DNA of 64,000 nucleotides, taken from positions 1 through 64,000 of IMG/VR virus record IMGVR_UViG_3300035670_000108; one strand, given 5' to 3'. Below, one piece after another: positions 8,249-17,911 of this stretch; positions within the stretch are counted from its first letter, which is position 1; every line of letters starts with the position of its first letter. A program made the position numbers and the translations under genes. Below the pieces are notes generated by a model. The model did not search any database and was not told the origin of the DNA. It was given only the letters and a program-made list of their open reading frames with translations. The DNA comes from a virus.

Positions 8249-11200
8249 GCCGCCTCCTTCACCAGTTTCTCGAACAGGGTGATGATCTTCCGCTCGCTCG
8301 GCCGGTCCTGCAGCTCGGTCTGGTCACACCAGTTCAAGCCGATGGACACCTCGCCCATCATCGGAATGGCGTGGCCCGGCGGGGTCAGGTTCATGATGTC
8401 CTGCATCTTCTCGACGTACTCGAAGCAGTAGTCCATGTGGACCGAAGACATGATTTCGTCGTAGATCGGCAGGTGCATCACTGCTTTGTGCGGGTCGGTG
8501 AAGATCCCCTGCTCCTCGGCCTCGGTCATCACCACCTTCAGGATGTCGGCAGCGCAGCCCTGGATGGTCTGGTTGACTGCCTGGCGCTCGGCGCGGGAGC
8601 GCTTGGCACCGTCCTTGCTGAGGATGTCCTCGCTGACGTGCTTCCAGGTGCCGAAGGCGGTGGTGACGTAGCCACGCTGGCGGGCCAGCTTGATCGTCTC
8701 CTCCTGCCACGGGGCAAGGCGGGTGTACGAACCGAACACCGCTTCCATGATCCGCTCGGCGAATGCCTTGGGAATCCCGATGTTGCCGGCAAGGGTGCCG
8801 GCGGTGCCGAGGTAGCAGATCAGGAAGTTCACGGCCTTGGCCATCTTCCGCACCTTGTTCACCCCGTCCACGATGGCCTGGGCATCGGTTTGGGAGATGT
8901 CGAGCTGGCTGAGCGCCAGCAGGCCCTGCTTCACCACGTCCAGGAACTGGGCGTAGTTCATGCGGCCGAAGCTATCCAGCTCCAGGAACGACAGCTGAGT
9001 CTCGTTCAGCTCGCGCTTGAGCACCTCCATGGCGAACATCACGCCGGTTACCGAGTGCACGTCCTTCACCCGCTGGCGGGTCATGCCGTCCTCGTCGACG
9101 TAGGTGCCGCCGCCGGTGTAGGCCTCGATGAACGCTGGGTCCTTCGCTTCCGAACCGGTGATGCGCAGCTCCTGGCCGGAGAAGTCGATCGACACGATGA
9201 CGTGGCGGTTGTAGCGCGGGATCACGATCCGGCGCGGTTCACCCTTGGTGAAGGCCAGGGCATTCGGGCTGCCGCCGCTGGGGCGACGGGTCACGGTGCC
9301 GTTGTTCTTTACGCCCGGGTGAACCATGCCGGTGTCCGGCCGGCGCCACACTGGGTACGGATTCCACAGGCCCTCGAAGCGGGTCAGCGCGGCCTTCACC
9401 TTCAGGATCAGCTTCAGGCAGTCGCGGCGCCAATCGCCTTCTGGGCAGTCCTCGGCGATGGCCGACTGGAACGCCTTCTCGTTGGTGGCCGGCGAACCCT
9501 GCATGCGCCACTTATGGCGGTCGCTACCGGCCTGCACCTTGGAGCGCTGGCGCACCGGCAGACCCAGCTTCAGGTACAGAAGCTCCTGCATCTGGTTCGG
9601 GCTATCGAAGTTCAGCTCGTCGCCGGTCCAGTCGCTCTTCGCGTGCCGTTGGGCGATGCCCTGGCAGAAGGCGGCGAACTTTTCGTACTCCTCACCCTGG
9701 CGCTTGTTGATCTGGGCCGCCGCGGCGCCGATCAGCGCCATGAAGGTCTCGATCTCCGGCTCGAACTCGGTCTCCGTCTCGTACACCAGGTGGTTCAGGC
9801 GGATCAGCCACTCGGTGAGCTTCTTGCTCGCCGTGGAAGCCATGGCGTTTTCCTCGCCCTCTGGCAGGCCGAGGTGGCGGGCCACCTGCAGGATCTGCGC
9901 CGGCGTGGGGACGAACTCCACCGTGCGCTGCACTTCGACGCGGGGCTTGTAGGTGCAGGCCTCGCGCATCTTGAACAGCTGCACCTGCATCTCGGCCTTG
10001 AGCTTCTCGGAGCCGACGCCCTCCATCTTCTTGCGCAGGGCCATCTCGCGGTACTCGCGGTCGGCCTCCATGAAACGGGCGGCACGCAGGTCAGCTTCCT
10101 CCTGATCCACCTGCAGGCAGTTCTCGGTCAGCATGCGGCGCACTTCGGCCATGCCTTCGTCGATCAGGATGCGGTCGGCGGCTGCCTGGCGCTCCAGCTC
10201 GGCCTGGTCGATGTTGATGCCCTGCTGGTATGAGCGGTTAAGCAGGCGGCCGGGCAGGATGTCGTAGCGGTTGACGAACTCGCTCTGGCGCTCCAAGGCG
10301 CAGGCGAAGGTCTGCACCACCCAGATATGGGCCGAGGTCAGGGCGTCGTCACAGCCGTAGTGCAGCACCTGCTGGCCGCTGACTTCGCGCATGTTGGTCG
10401 CGCCGCTGGAAGCCAGCACTTCGCTGTACTGCACCTGCACATGGCGCAGCAGCTGCAGCGACACCTCCTTCAGGTTACCGCCACCGTTGGCGCCTTCCAT
10501 CAGGTTCTCGTCGTAGTAGCTCGTCCAGGTGATGCTGTCCTGCCAGTCAGAGATGTCCAGCCCCAGGTCACGCTCCAGGATCTGCTGCTCGAACCGGCTG
10601 TTGTGAGCCACCAGGGCTTTGCCCTCCTTGTCGTGCGCATGCACCAGCAGCTCGGTCAGGAAGGACAAGGGGTGGTTGTGGGTGTCGCGGTGATCAACCG
10701 GCACGTAGATGGTGTGCTGGAGGTTCTCGCCGAAGGTGAAGCTGGCGCCGGTCAGGGTCTGGCTGAGGGTGTCGACGTAGTCCTTGCCGCCGGTGACCGC
10801 CTCGCGCAGGTTGGCGAACATGTTCTTGTCGTAGCCCTCGGTGTCGAACCCGATGGCGGGGGATTTGCCGAAGCCCTCCTTGATGCGTGCCAGGCGGGCC
10901 TCGTTGACCCATTCCGCATCCGCCAGGGTCTCGGTGGACAGGAAGCGCTTGAACTCGTCGAACAGCGGGCTGCAGCCCAGCTTGGCGAGGATCTCGCGGA
11001 CCTTCTCGGCCAGCGGCAGGCGTTTGTGGTAGATCGGGCGGATCAGCTTGCTGCCGCGCGACATCCAGCACCAGTTGGGGTGCAGGCAGGCCAGCTTGTA
11101 GCACATGCGTGCCTGATCCCACTGCTGGTGGATCTTGAGCATGACCTTGTCGCCGTAGAGCTGGGCGGTATCCAGGATCTCGGCCGGCTCGTCCATCATG

Positions 11201-11943
11201 ATGCAGCGCTCGATCTCGGCCAGGCCCTCGTCGGCGTACTTCTCCTTCAGGTACAGCCAGGCTTTCGGGCCGAGGCCTTTGACGCCGCCGTATTCGTCCG
11301 TGGCGTCGCCGACCAGGGTCTTGAACAGGGTGACGTGCTTCGGCAGCAGGTCGATGCCCTCAGCCTCCAGCTTCACCGGCTCGTGCGGGTCGAGGAGCTG
11401 CTCGCGGAACATCATGGTGACGTTAGGCAGCAGGGCCAGGGGCACCAGGTCAAGGTCGCGGGTGTGGACGACGACCTGGCCCGGGTAGTTGTGGCAAACC
11501 ATGGCGATCGCATCGTCCGCTTCGACCAGGGGCACCTCGAGTACGGTGCAACCCAGGTACTTCAGCAGCTGCTGGGTTTCGCGCATCAGGATGTCCATCT
11601 GCTCGGTGAGCCGTGGGTCCTGCTTTTCCTTCTCGGCCTTGCGCTTGGCCTTGTATTCCGGGTAGATCGCGGTGCGCAGGTTGTTGCCGCCTTCAATCAC
11701 GGCAACCACGTCGATGGGGGCGGTGCGCTCGAAGATCGGCTGCAGGTAGCGTTCCCAGAACGCCTCGACGCCGTGGGCGGCCCTCTTGATCAAGGAGTGG
11801 CCGTCGCTGGCCAGGACGGCGTTTGGATCTCGCGCGCCGTGGTAGGCGTGCATGATCAGGCCCTTCAGGTCGAGCACTTCCTTCGGGCGGTGGGTGACTT
11901 CCATGCGCCGCGCCACAGACGCGATTGGCAGGATCTGAGTCAT
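8245..11943 (-). CDS. polA: DNA polymerase family A with 5'-3' and 3'-5' exonuclease domains
   Basis: EADD/GDATD (5' nuclease); FDTE, HNSRFE, YGCDD (3'-5' exo); DFSGQELR, KAVNFLICY, IQGCAAD, IYDE (polymerase motifs). Confidence 0.95.
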   Translation of the reverse strand: MTQILPIASVARRMEVTHRPKEVLDLKGLIMHAYHGARDPNAVLASDGHSLIKRAAHGVEAFWERYLQPIFERTAPIDVVAVIEGGNNLRTAIYPEYKAKRKAEKEKQDPRLTEQMDILMRETQQLLKYLGCTVLEVPLVEADDAIAMVCHNYPGQVVVHTRDLDLVPLALLPNVTMMFREQLLDPHEPVKLEAEGIDLLPKHVTLFKTLVGDATDEYGGVKGLGPKAWLYLKEKYADEGLAEIERCIMMDEPAEILDTAQLYGDKVMLKIHQQWDQARMCYKLACLHPNWCWMSRGSKLIRPIYHKRLPLAEKVREILAKLGCSPLFDEFKRFLSTETLADAEWVNEARLARIKEGFGKSPAIGFDTEGYDKNMFANLREAVTGGKDYVDTLSQTLTGASFTFGENLQHTIYVPVDHRDTHNHPLSFLTELLVHAHDKEGKALVAHNSRFEQQILERDLGLDISDWQDSITWTSYYDENLMEGANGGGNLKEVSLQLLRHVQVQYSEVLASSGATNMREVSGQQVLHYGCDDALTSAHIWVVQTFACALERQSEFVNRYDILPGRLLNRSYQQGINIDQAELERQAAADRILIDEGMAEVRRMLTENCLQVDQEEADLRAARFMEADREYREMALRKKMEGVGSEKLKAEMQVQLFKMREACTYKPRVEVQRTVEFVPTPAQILQVARHLGLPEGEENAMASTASKKLTEWLIRLNHLVYETETEFEPEIETFMALIGAAAAQINKRQGEEYEKFAAFCQGIAQRHAKSDWTGDELNFDSPNQMQELLYLKLGLPVRQRSKVQAGSDRHKWRMQGSPATNEKAFQSAIAEDCPEGDWRRDCLKLILKVKAALTRFEGLWNPYPVWRRPDTGMVHPGVKNNGTVTRRPSGGSPNALAFTKGEPRRIVIPRYNRHVIVSIDFSGQELRITGSEAKDPAFIEAYTGGGTYVDEDGMTRQRVKDVHSVTGVMFAMEVLKRELNETQLSFLELDSFGRMNYAQFLDVVKQGLLALSQLDISQTDAQAIVDGVNKVRKMAKAVNFLICYLGTAGTLAGNIGIPKAFAERIMEAVFGSYTRLAPWQEETIKLARQRGYVTTAFGTWKHVSEDILSKDGAKRSRAERQAVNQTIQGCAADILKVVMTEAEEQGIFTDPHKAVMHLPIYDEIMSSVHMDYCFEYVEKMQDIMNLTPPGHAIPMMGEVSIGLNWCDQTELQDRPSERKIITLFEKLVKEAA

Positions 11944-11972
11944 GGTGGGTCTCCAGTTTACTGCAGGCATGA

Positions 11973-11998
11973 GAGAGGGGCGCCGCGGCGCCCCTCTC
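11973..11998 (-). terminator. strong GC hairpin between the acidic protein gene and polA
   Basis: GAGAGGGGCGCC-GC-GGCGCCCCTCTC; no clear U-tract. Confidence 0.45.
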
Positions 11999-12015
11999 CT
12001 TGTTGCTGTCGCTGA

Positions 12016-12939
12016 TTACAGGCCGAAGTTCTCGACCGAACCCTTGTTGACGAAGTCCCACGGGTAGAACGGGAACTTGCCGGATTCGACCTTCTTACCG
12101 CGGCGGCACAGGGTGATGACATCGGAGATGCCTTTCTTCGCCATGCCCAGCTGGACCAGGTAGCCACCCCAGCGACCTTGGGAGGTCGGCGGGATCTGCA
12201 GGGTGATCAGCTTGCCGTTCAGCTCGCCTTTGGTCTCGCTCTCGACGTTGAAGCTGTCGTCGACCATGACCGCCAGCACTTCCTGGTATTTCTTGATGTC
12301 GCCCAGCTCCAGGCCTTCTTCCTTCCACTTCTGGATCGCGGCGAAGACCGGGGACTCCGGATCTTTGTGCGCTTCCTTGTCGTAGGAGTAAGCCACTTCC
12401 ACCTCGTCTTCGACGGGGTTGTTGTTGCGGAAGCAGTATTTGGCTTTGGCGCTGGCCAGCCGTACCAGGAAACCGCTGCTCGGCAGCTCTTGACCTTCGC
12501 TGGTCTCGATCTGCTTGTTGAGGGTGATGTTCAGGAACGAGCTGTAGTCCAGCTCGGTGTCCTCGAAGCCCTGGTCAGCCAGGCCAGCCAGGATTTCCTG
12601 CATGAAGGCACCCTTCACAGCGGAGTTGTTGGTGCTGACCGCAGTGGTGCCGGTCGGGGCAGCAACTTGCTGGTTGCCGGTTGCCGGGGCGGCAGCAGGC
12701 TCTTCCAGCTCTTCTTCCTCTTCCAGCACCGAGGCGCTGGCAGCGGCACGGTCTTCTACCGGGGCTTCGGAGGCTGCGGCAGCGGCAGGCTCCTCGACGA
12801 CGGTTTCAACCTGAGCGTGGGTTTCTACCGCCTGGGTTTCGCCCACGGTTTCTACGGCCTGGGCTTGCGCCTCGGCAGCAGATTCAGCGGCTTGGGTGGC
12901 GGAGTTGTCAGCGACGGCGTTAGCTTGCTTGATAGCCAT
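12016..12939 (-). CDS. acidic replication protein, possibly ssDNA-binding
   Basis: Highly biased codons, Ala/Glu-rich N-terminus, own promoter, sits between helicase and polymerase; function is positional inference. Confidence 0.5.
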   Translation of the reverse strand: MAIKQANAVADNSATQAAESAAEAQAQAVETVGETQAVETHAQVETVVEEPAAAAASEAPVEDRAAASASVLEEEEELEEPAAAPATGNQQVAAPTGTTAVSTNNSAVKGAFMQEILAGLADQGFEDTELDYSSFLNITLNKQIETSEGQELPSSGFLVRLASAKAKYCFRNNNPVEDEVEVAYSYDKEAHKDPESPVFAAIQKWKEEGLELGDIKKYQEVLAVMVDDSFNVESETKGELNGKLITLQIPPTSQGRWGGYLVQLGMAKKGISDVITLCRRGKKVESGKFPFYPWDFVNKGSVENFGL

Positions 12940-13025
12940 TTGGCATTTTTCCTTTTCGTTAGGAGTTTAAGCACTTTTCATTGGGCATTTGCCTTTCGGC
13001 GTCGGCAGTTACCTGCCGCATTGCC

Positions 13026-13053
13026 AGTGTACGCCACTGGCGGCGCATGTCAA
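13026..13053 (-). promoter_or_regulatory. sigma-70 promoter
   Basis: Minus strand TTGACA-N16-TACACT. Confidence 0.7.
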
Positions 13054-14648
13054 GACAGTACCAGGTCAGCAAGGAGGCGGGTCTTGTCGACCACCGCCCT
13101 CTCGATGTCCATCTCTGCCGTGAGCATGTTCTGGATAGCCTTCCGGGACACGGTACGCAGGGCGTCGATCACCCCCACGTCCACGACGTGCTTCTGGCCA
13201 GACCGGAGCACCCGCTCCAGCCCCTGCTTGAAGTCGCCGTACACCCCGGTCGGCTCTACGAAGAGCACGTTGTGGGACTGGTTCTGCAGGTTGAGGCCGG
13301 CGCTGGCCGACCTGGGGTTGGCGATCAGCAGGCGGCAACTGTCGTCGTGCAGGATCTTCTGCCGCTGCTTCTCCTTGGCAGAGCCCTGCACCTCCCCATA
13401 CATGAAGGCCGGGTTGTACTGGGACAGCGCGGCCCCGTAGCGCTCGATGGAGTCGATGCGGTTGAAGAACAGGATCACCTTCTGGCTCTCCAGGTCGGCC
13501 TCTTCCAGCCAATCGAGCACCGCTTCCATGACCGCGTTGCGGAAGCCAACCTGGTCTTCCTCGGACAGGAACAGCTCCGGACAGGAGACCATCTGCAGGG
13601 CGTGCTGGCGCAGCTGCTGCTGGTTCATGGCGAGGATCACCTCGTTGCCCATCTCCAGGAACCGCTCCTTGAGCAACCGGTGGTACAGCAGGTAGTGCTC
13701 GTCGCTGAGCGTCACCTTGACCCGGCGGATGTTTGGCTTGTGCAGATCCAGCACCTGGTCTTTCACCACGCGCCGGCCCTTCTCGTACAGCAGCTTGTGC
13801 ACCTTGTCGTGGTTGCGGTAGCCGATCAGCTGCTTGATCTGCTTGATCACCTTGCCGCCCTTGGCGGTGATGTAGTTCTCCGGCGAGAGCTTCACCGTCT
13901 TGTACTGGCTGTGCTCCCGGTCGAAGTGCTTGAAGCCGACATATCGTCCTGGGTTCACCAACTCGATGATCCCGTAGGCATCGGTCAAGGTGCGCGGGAT
14001 CGGCGTGCCTGTCATCGGCAGGAACACCGTCTCGTTGTTCGGTGGCCGCAGCGGCTCCACCTGGGCGTTATCGCGCCAGGCCTTGATCTGCTTCCACAGC
14101 TTGGTGTCTACGTTGCAGAGCTTCTTGTGCACCTCGTCGGCGCACAGCACTCGGTAGCCACGCTCGTAGAACCAGGCCGGATCTGCAGTGGGGCATTTGG
14201 CCTTGAACAGGTTGGAGAAGCCCTCGTAGGTCATCACCAGCATCTGCGGCCAGCCGTCCTGATCCCAGCCTTCCTCCAGCACGCGGCGCTTTTTCGGTTC
14301 GTAGTTGAACCGATCGACCGTCATGAATTTCTCGATCCCCTCGAACGTCTCGAAGAAATCGTCCATGTATTGGCCAATCAGGTTGCTCAAGGTTAGCACG
14401 ATGGTGCGGTACCCCTCGGTCGCCCAGTAGATGGCCCAGGCCTGGCTGACGACCGTCTTGCCGGTTCCCGGGTCGTCCCAGAGGCCGTACCAGTGGTTTT
14501 TCAAGGAGAGGTGGAGCCCGGTCACCTGGTAGTCGCGCGGCACGCCGCTGAGGCCACCGTTGGCGTCGGGCAGTTTGATTTCGACGTAGTCGCCGAAGGC
14601 CAGGGGTCTCTCGACCCCCGCCAGCTTCAGGTACTCGTTGAGGTTCAC
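13050..14648 (-). CDS. SNF2-family (SF2) helicase
   Basis: DDPGTGKT, ADEVH, MTGTP, AGLNLQ, QGLERVLR. Confidence 0.88.
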   Translation of the reverse strand: MNLNEYLKLAGVERPLAFGDYVEIKLPDANGGLSGVPRDYQVTGLHLSLKNHWYGLWDDPGTGKTVVSQAWAIYWATEGYRTIVLTLSNLIGQYMDDFFETFEGIEKFMTVDRFNYEPKKRRVLEEGWDQDGWPQMLVMTYEGFSNLFKAKCPTADPAWFYERGYRVLCADEVHKKLCNVDTKLWKQIKAWRDNAQVEPLRPPNNETVFLPMTGTPIPRTLTDAYGIIELVNPGRYVGFKHFDREHSQYKTVKLSPENYITAKGGKVIKQIKQLIGYRNHDKVHKLLYEKGRRVVKDQVLDLHKPNIRRVKVTLSDEHYLLYHRLLKERFLEMGNEVILAMNQQQLRQHALQMVSCPELFLSEEDQVGFRNAVMEAVLDWLEEADLESQKVILFFNRIDSIERYGAALSQYNPAFMYGEVQGSAKEKQRQKILHDDSCRLLIANPRSASAGLNLQNQSHNVLFVEPTGVYGDFKQGLERVLRSGQKHVVDVGVIDALRTVSRKAIQNMLTAEMDIERAVVDKTRLLADLVLS

Positions 14649-14656
14649 GGCAGCTC

Positions 14657-17563
14657 CTACAGGTCGATGGTGCCGAGCACCTCGTAGACACGCCGGATGC
14701 TATCGACGTGCACGTTGCGCAGCTTGAGTTGGGCCATGTCCAGTACCATCGCCGGCTCGCCGAAGGCGAAGTCATCCAGCGACTTCCACTCGATGAAGTA
14801 CGGCTCGTGCTCGACCAATTGCTTGAGGTCGGACCAGGCTTCCAGCGGGCTGCGCCGGCCGGTGGTGCGGTACCACTCCAGGTAGCGGCTGTGACAGGTC
14901 TTGCCCCACAGATAGAGCTTGTCGCCAGCGACGCGGAAATCGGTGCGCGGCGAGAGCAACGGCCGGCGGGCGCCAGGCCTGCCGCTCTGCGTCTCCTCGT
15001 ACATGAGCGCGCCGGACTCGGAGATGATGTCGGCCAGCTGGATCATGAACTGGTCGACCTCCGACACCTGGCTGCGGCCCAGGACACCGGACAGGGACAG
15101 GCTAGGATCGTCCTCTTCCACCCGATCAGCTTCAGCGGTGATCTCGGTCAGGGCATTCTTGATTACGGTCAGTTCGTGTACCGAGTCCTGCATGCGCAGC
15201 TGGGTGCAGGTCTCGATCAACCAGGCCAGACCCATGTGCACCACCATCAGGCTGTAGCGCGGGCGGTCGTCGAACTGAGTGCCTACGCAGGCCCCCTGCA
15301 TCTCGACCATCTGCTCCACCTTGCTGATTGGCAGCCGCAGAGCACCCTGCATCAGCCTCTGACCCAGGCGCATCAGGTGTTGGCGTCCGTCCTGGGCCTT
15401 GAAGAAGGCCTCGCGGTTACGGCCAGCCTTGATCATCTTCACCACCAGGGTGCGCTCCAGTAGCGCCGGCATCTTGATCTGCTGCTCGCTGAGGATCAAG
15501 GCGGGGCTGGTCAGCGGGATCTCGATCGACACCGGGCTGCGTTGGCCCTGGACGACGGTACCGCGCGAGGACGATTCGCTGTTCCAGAGGGCCTTGAACA
15601 GCTCTCCCAGCATCAGGTACTGGTGCTCTGGGATCTTGTCGCGGTTGTACTCCTCGCACAGCCGCGGCACGGTAGTGGTGCCGGACAGCAGCTCGACGGC
15701 GTTGAAGGCCGTCTTCATGCCCGTCATGTTAGCCTTCGAGCGCTGGTTGCAGTTGAGGCCGTGCAGGGTCACCAGCAGCTCGGCCAGCTTCGACTTGCCG
15801 GCACCTGAGCCGCCCCACAAGGAGAGCAGCGGGAACTGGCCGTAGGCCTCGCGCAGGTGCTGTTTCAGGTGGCAGGCGGCTATCCAGCCCAGGCTGATGG
15901 CCATGACCGGCTGCTGGTTCGACTTGCACAGGTTGGCCAGGGCCTGGTCCGCCTTGGCGTCACCAATCTCCAGCGGCACCTGCTTGAACAGCGACGGCGG
16001 CAGCGGGATGACCTTGGTCAGGCGGTGGGTGTCGACCATCTGCAGGTTGTTCAGCGACTTGCCCGGCTCGACGAAGGTGATCAGGTCGGTGTCGCGGCGC
16101 CGTTCGATATGGATGCCGGCGGCTGTTACCTGGTGAATTTCAGGCATGTTCTCTTCCTCTAGGAACACCAGCATCTTGATCTTCTGGATCTCGGCGTCTC
16201 CGCCGGTGTAGTAGACCCCGTTGATCCCTTCAAGCGCCCGCAGGAATGAGCTTTTGCTCGCCCATGCCGCCTCGTCCATGATGACGGAGCCTAGCTTCTC
16301 GCCGTAGCGCATGACTCGGCACAGCGTGCCGCGGCGGCGAGTGCCGGTACCGTCTGGCATATCTTCCATGTAGGCGGCCTGAGCTTCCAGGGTGAAGGTG
16401 CTGATCTGTTCGGTTCGGCCCTTCGCCAGTTGGCGCAGGTAGCCGCTGTCGTTCTTCGATATACCGGACTTCTCGGCGATGTCGCTGAGGAACTCGGCGG
16501 TGTTGCTGCCTTTGCAGCTGTTCTCCAGCGGGCAGCCTTCGCAGATCTTCCGGCCAGCGGTGAGCATCGAGCGCATCGCGCCGCAGCCGAACTTGTAGTC
16601 GGGGCTGTTGACGGTGAACTTGTACTTGCCATCCAGCTCCACCATCCGCGCACGCGGTGTCGGGTAGCGGTCGGTGCGCTCGGCGTTGTCCGCCGTCATG
16701 GCGAAGATCCGGTTGCGCTCGAACTCCGGCGCGCCGGCCCGGCTGGCCCACAGGCCAAGGTTCAGCGCCACCTGGTTGAAGGTGGTGCTGCTCTTCAGGC
16801 CTTTGTATCCAGCGATCGCTTCGACACAAGGCGGAGCCTGGTCGGCGATCCGGTCAAGGTGGGCGACGGCGGTGTTACGGGAGCGCTCGGTAAGCTCGCG
16901 CTCCATAGCGCCCACCTTGTCGGTGGCGGTGCTGAACAGCACGTTGAGCTTGATCGAGTGCGGCCCCTTGTACGGGGTGTGCACCAGCTCCTTGCGCGGC
17001 TTCGAGACGAAACGCGCGTAGCTATCGGCGTCCAGCTCGAACAACTCGCGGATGCGGATGGGCACCCGGTAGTTGCCGTCGTAGCGCTTCAGGTTGGCGA
17101 TCCGGAAGGTGTTGTTCCGGCCGCAGGCATAGGGGCTCAAGTCCATGCCCGACACGTACAGCTCTGACGCCATGACCTTGTAGATCAGCGGCAGGTCCTT
17201 GATGGCGGTGTTGCGCGGCATGAAGCCGCGCTGGTCGACCAGGACGTGCAGGCCCTTCTTCCCTGAGCAGAAAATCTGGATCGCCTCTTCCGGCGTCTCG
17301 TAGATCTGGATCAGGTTGTTCACCAGCTGCTGGGCGGACTTGATGGCCTCCTCTACAGCTCCCTCCACGTCGATGTCGAAATACAGCGGGCCGTTATACT
17401 TGTGTCCCCGCTTAGCATCGTCTGCACCAAGGGGTGCATCTACCGCCAGGATGGTTAGCTTTTTTGCCCCTTTCTGCATCGCATCAACAACGACAGTCTC
17501 GCTATCGGTGATCGGATTCCAGGGTCCGTCCTCTTCCGTTTGGAAGAAGCGATACATAGCCAT
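14657..17563 (-). CDS. primase-helicase fusion (AEP-type primase plus P-loop helicase)
   Basis: YFDID and SGKKGLH AEP motifs, Cys cluster, GGSGAGKS Walker A. Confidence 0.8.
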   Translation of the reverse strand: MAMYRFFQTEEDGPWNPITDSETVVVDAMQKGAKKLTILAVDAPLGADDAKRGHKYNGPLYFDIDVEGAVEEAIKSAQQLVNNLIQIYETPEEAIQIFCSGKKGLHVLVDQRGFMPRNTAIKDLPLIYKVMASELYVSGMDLSPYACGRNNTFRIANLKRYDGNYRVPIRIRELFELDADSYARFVSKPRKELVHTPYKGPHSIKLNVLFSTATDKVGAMERELTERSRNTAVAHLDRIADQAPPCVEAIAGYKGLKSSTTFNQVALNLGLWASRAGAPEFERNRIFAMTADNAERTDRYPTPRARMVELDGKYKFTVNSPDYKFGCGAMRSMLTAGRKICEGCPLENSCKGSNTAEFLSDIAEKSGISKNDSGYLRQLAKGRTEQISTFTLEAQAAYMEDMPDGTGTRRRGTLCRVMRYGEKLGSVIMDEAAWASKSSFLRALEGINGVYYTGGDAEIQKIKMLVFLEEENMPEIHQVTAAGIHIERRRDTDLITFVEPGKSLNNLQMVDTHRLTKVIPLPPSLFKQVPLEIGDAKADQALANLCKSNQQPVMAISLGWIAACHLKQHLREAYGQFPLLSLWGGSGAGKSKLAELLVTLHGLNCNQRSKANMTGMKTAFNAVELLSGTTTVPRLCEEYNRDKIPEHQYLMLGELFKALWNSESSSRGTVVQGQRSPVSIEIPLTSPALILSEQQIKMPALLERTLVVKMIKAGRNREAFFKAQDGRQHLMRLGQRLMQGALRLPISKVEQMVEMQGACVGTQFDDRPRYSLMVVHMGLAWLIETCTQLRMQDSVHELTVIKNALTEITAEADRVEEDDPSLSLSGVLGRSQVSEVDQFMIQLADIISESGALMYEETQSGRPGARRPLLSPRTDFRVAGDKLYLWGKTCHSRYLEWYRTTGRRSPLEAWSDLKQLVEHEPYFIEWKSLDDFAFGEPAMVLDMAQLKLRNVHVDSIRRVYEVLGTIDL

Positions 17564-17602
17564 GACTACTCCTATCGGGCCGAATCCACGGCCCGCGGCG
17601 CT

Positions 17603-17815
17603 TTAGTTGAGGTTGGCCTTTGCGGCTTCGATCTTCGCCTTGAGCAGGCTGACGGCACGCCCCGGTACCGGGCGGGCGCGGTCACTCGTCCGGTCTGGCA
17701 TGAGCCAGGCATCGACGGACGAGCGGGAGTATTCAGTGAGGGTGGCCAGTTCCTCTGGGTTGAGCTGGTGTTCCTTTGCCAGGTCCATCAGCTCGGCGCG
17801 GTAATCTTCTTGCAT
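17603..17815 (-). CDS. XRE-like HTH transcriptional regulator
   Basis: LNPEELATLTEYSRSSVDAW helix-turn-helix; GGAG SD before ATG 17815. Confidence 0.7.
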   Translation of the reverse strand: MQEDYRAELMDLAKEHQLNPEELATLTEYSRSSVDAWLMPDRTSDRARPVPGRAVSLLKAKIEAAKANLN

Positions 17816-17843
17816 GATGCCGCTCCGCTTGGTGTTGCCGGCG

Positions 17844-17872
17844 ATCATATTGTACGGAGTACAAAGAAACAA
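17844..17872 (-). promoter_or_regulatory. sigma-70 promoter with palindromic operator in the spacer
   Basis: TTGTTT-N17-TATGAT; spacer contains TGTAC-N3-GTACA (17851-17863). Confidence 0.6.
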
Positions 17873-17892
17873 GGCCCTCGAAAGGGCCTTGT
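17869..17892 (-). terminator. intrinsic terminator after thyA
   Basis: ACAAGGCCC-TCGAAA-GGGCCTTGT followed by TTCTTT on the minus strand. Confidence 0.7.
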
Positions 17893-17911
17893 CGTCACAG
17901 CGTAGCTGAAA

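Noticed and set aside
8245-11943. Intein or intron in the large PolA
   Set aside because: No intein terminal motifs (C/S...HN) or homing-endonuclease motifs were seen. The fused 5' nuclease and insertions explain the length.
2888-12015. Long + strand ORFs (2888-4786, 5053-6432, 6565-8010, 8077-10233, 10327-12015)
   Set aside because: Antisense shadows of GC3-rich minus-strand genes, with no motifs or SD. The same applies to the minus-strand shadows of the virion genes.
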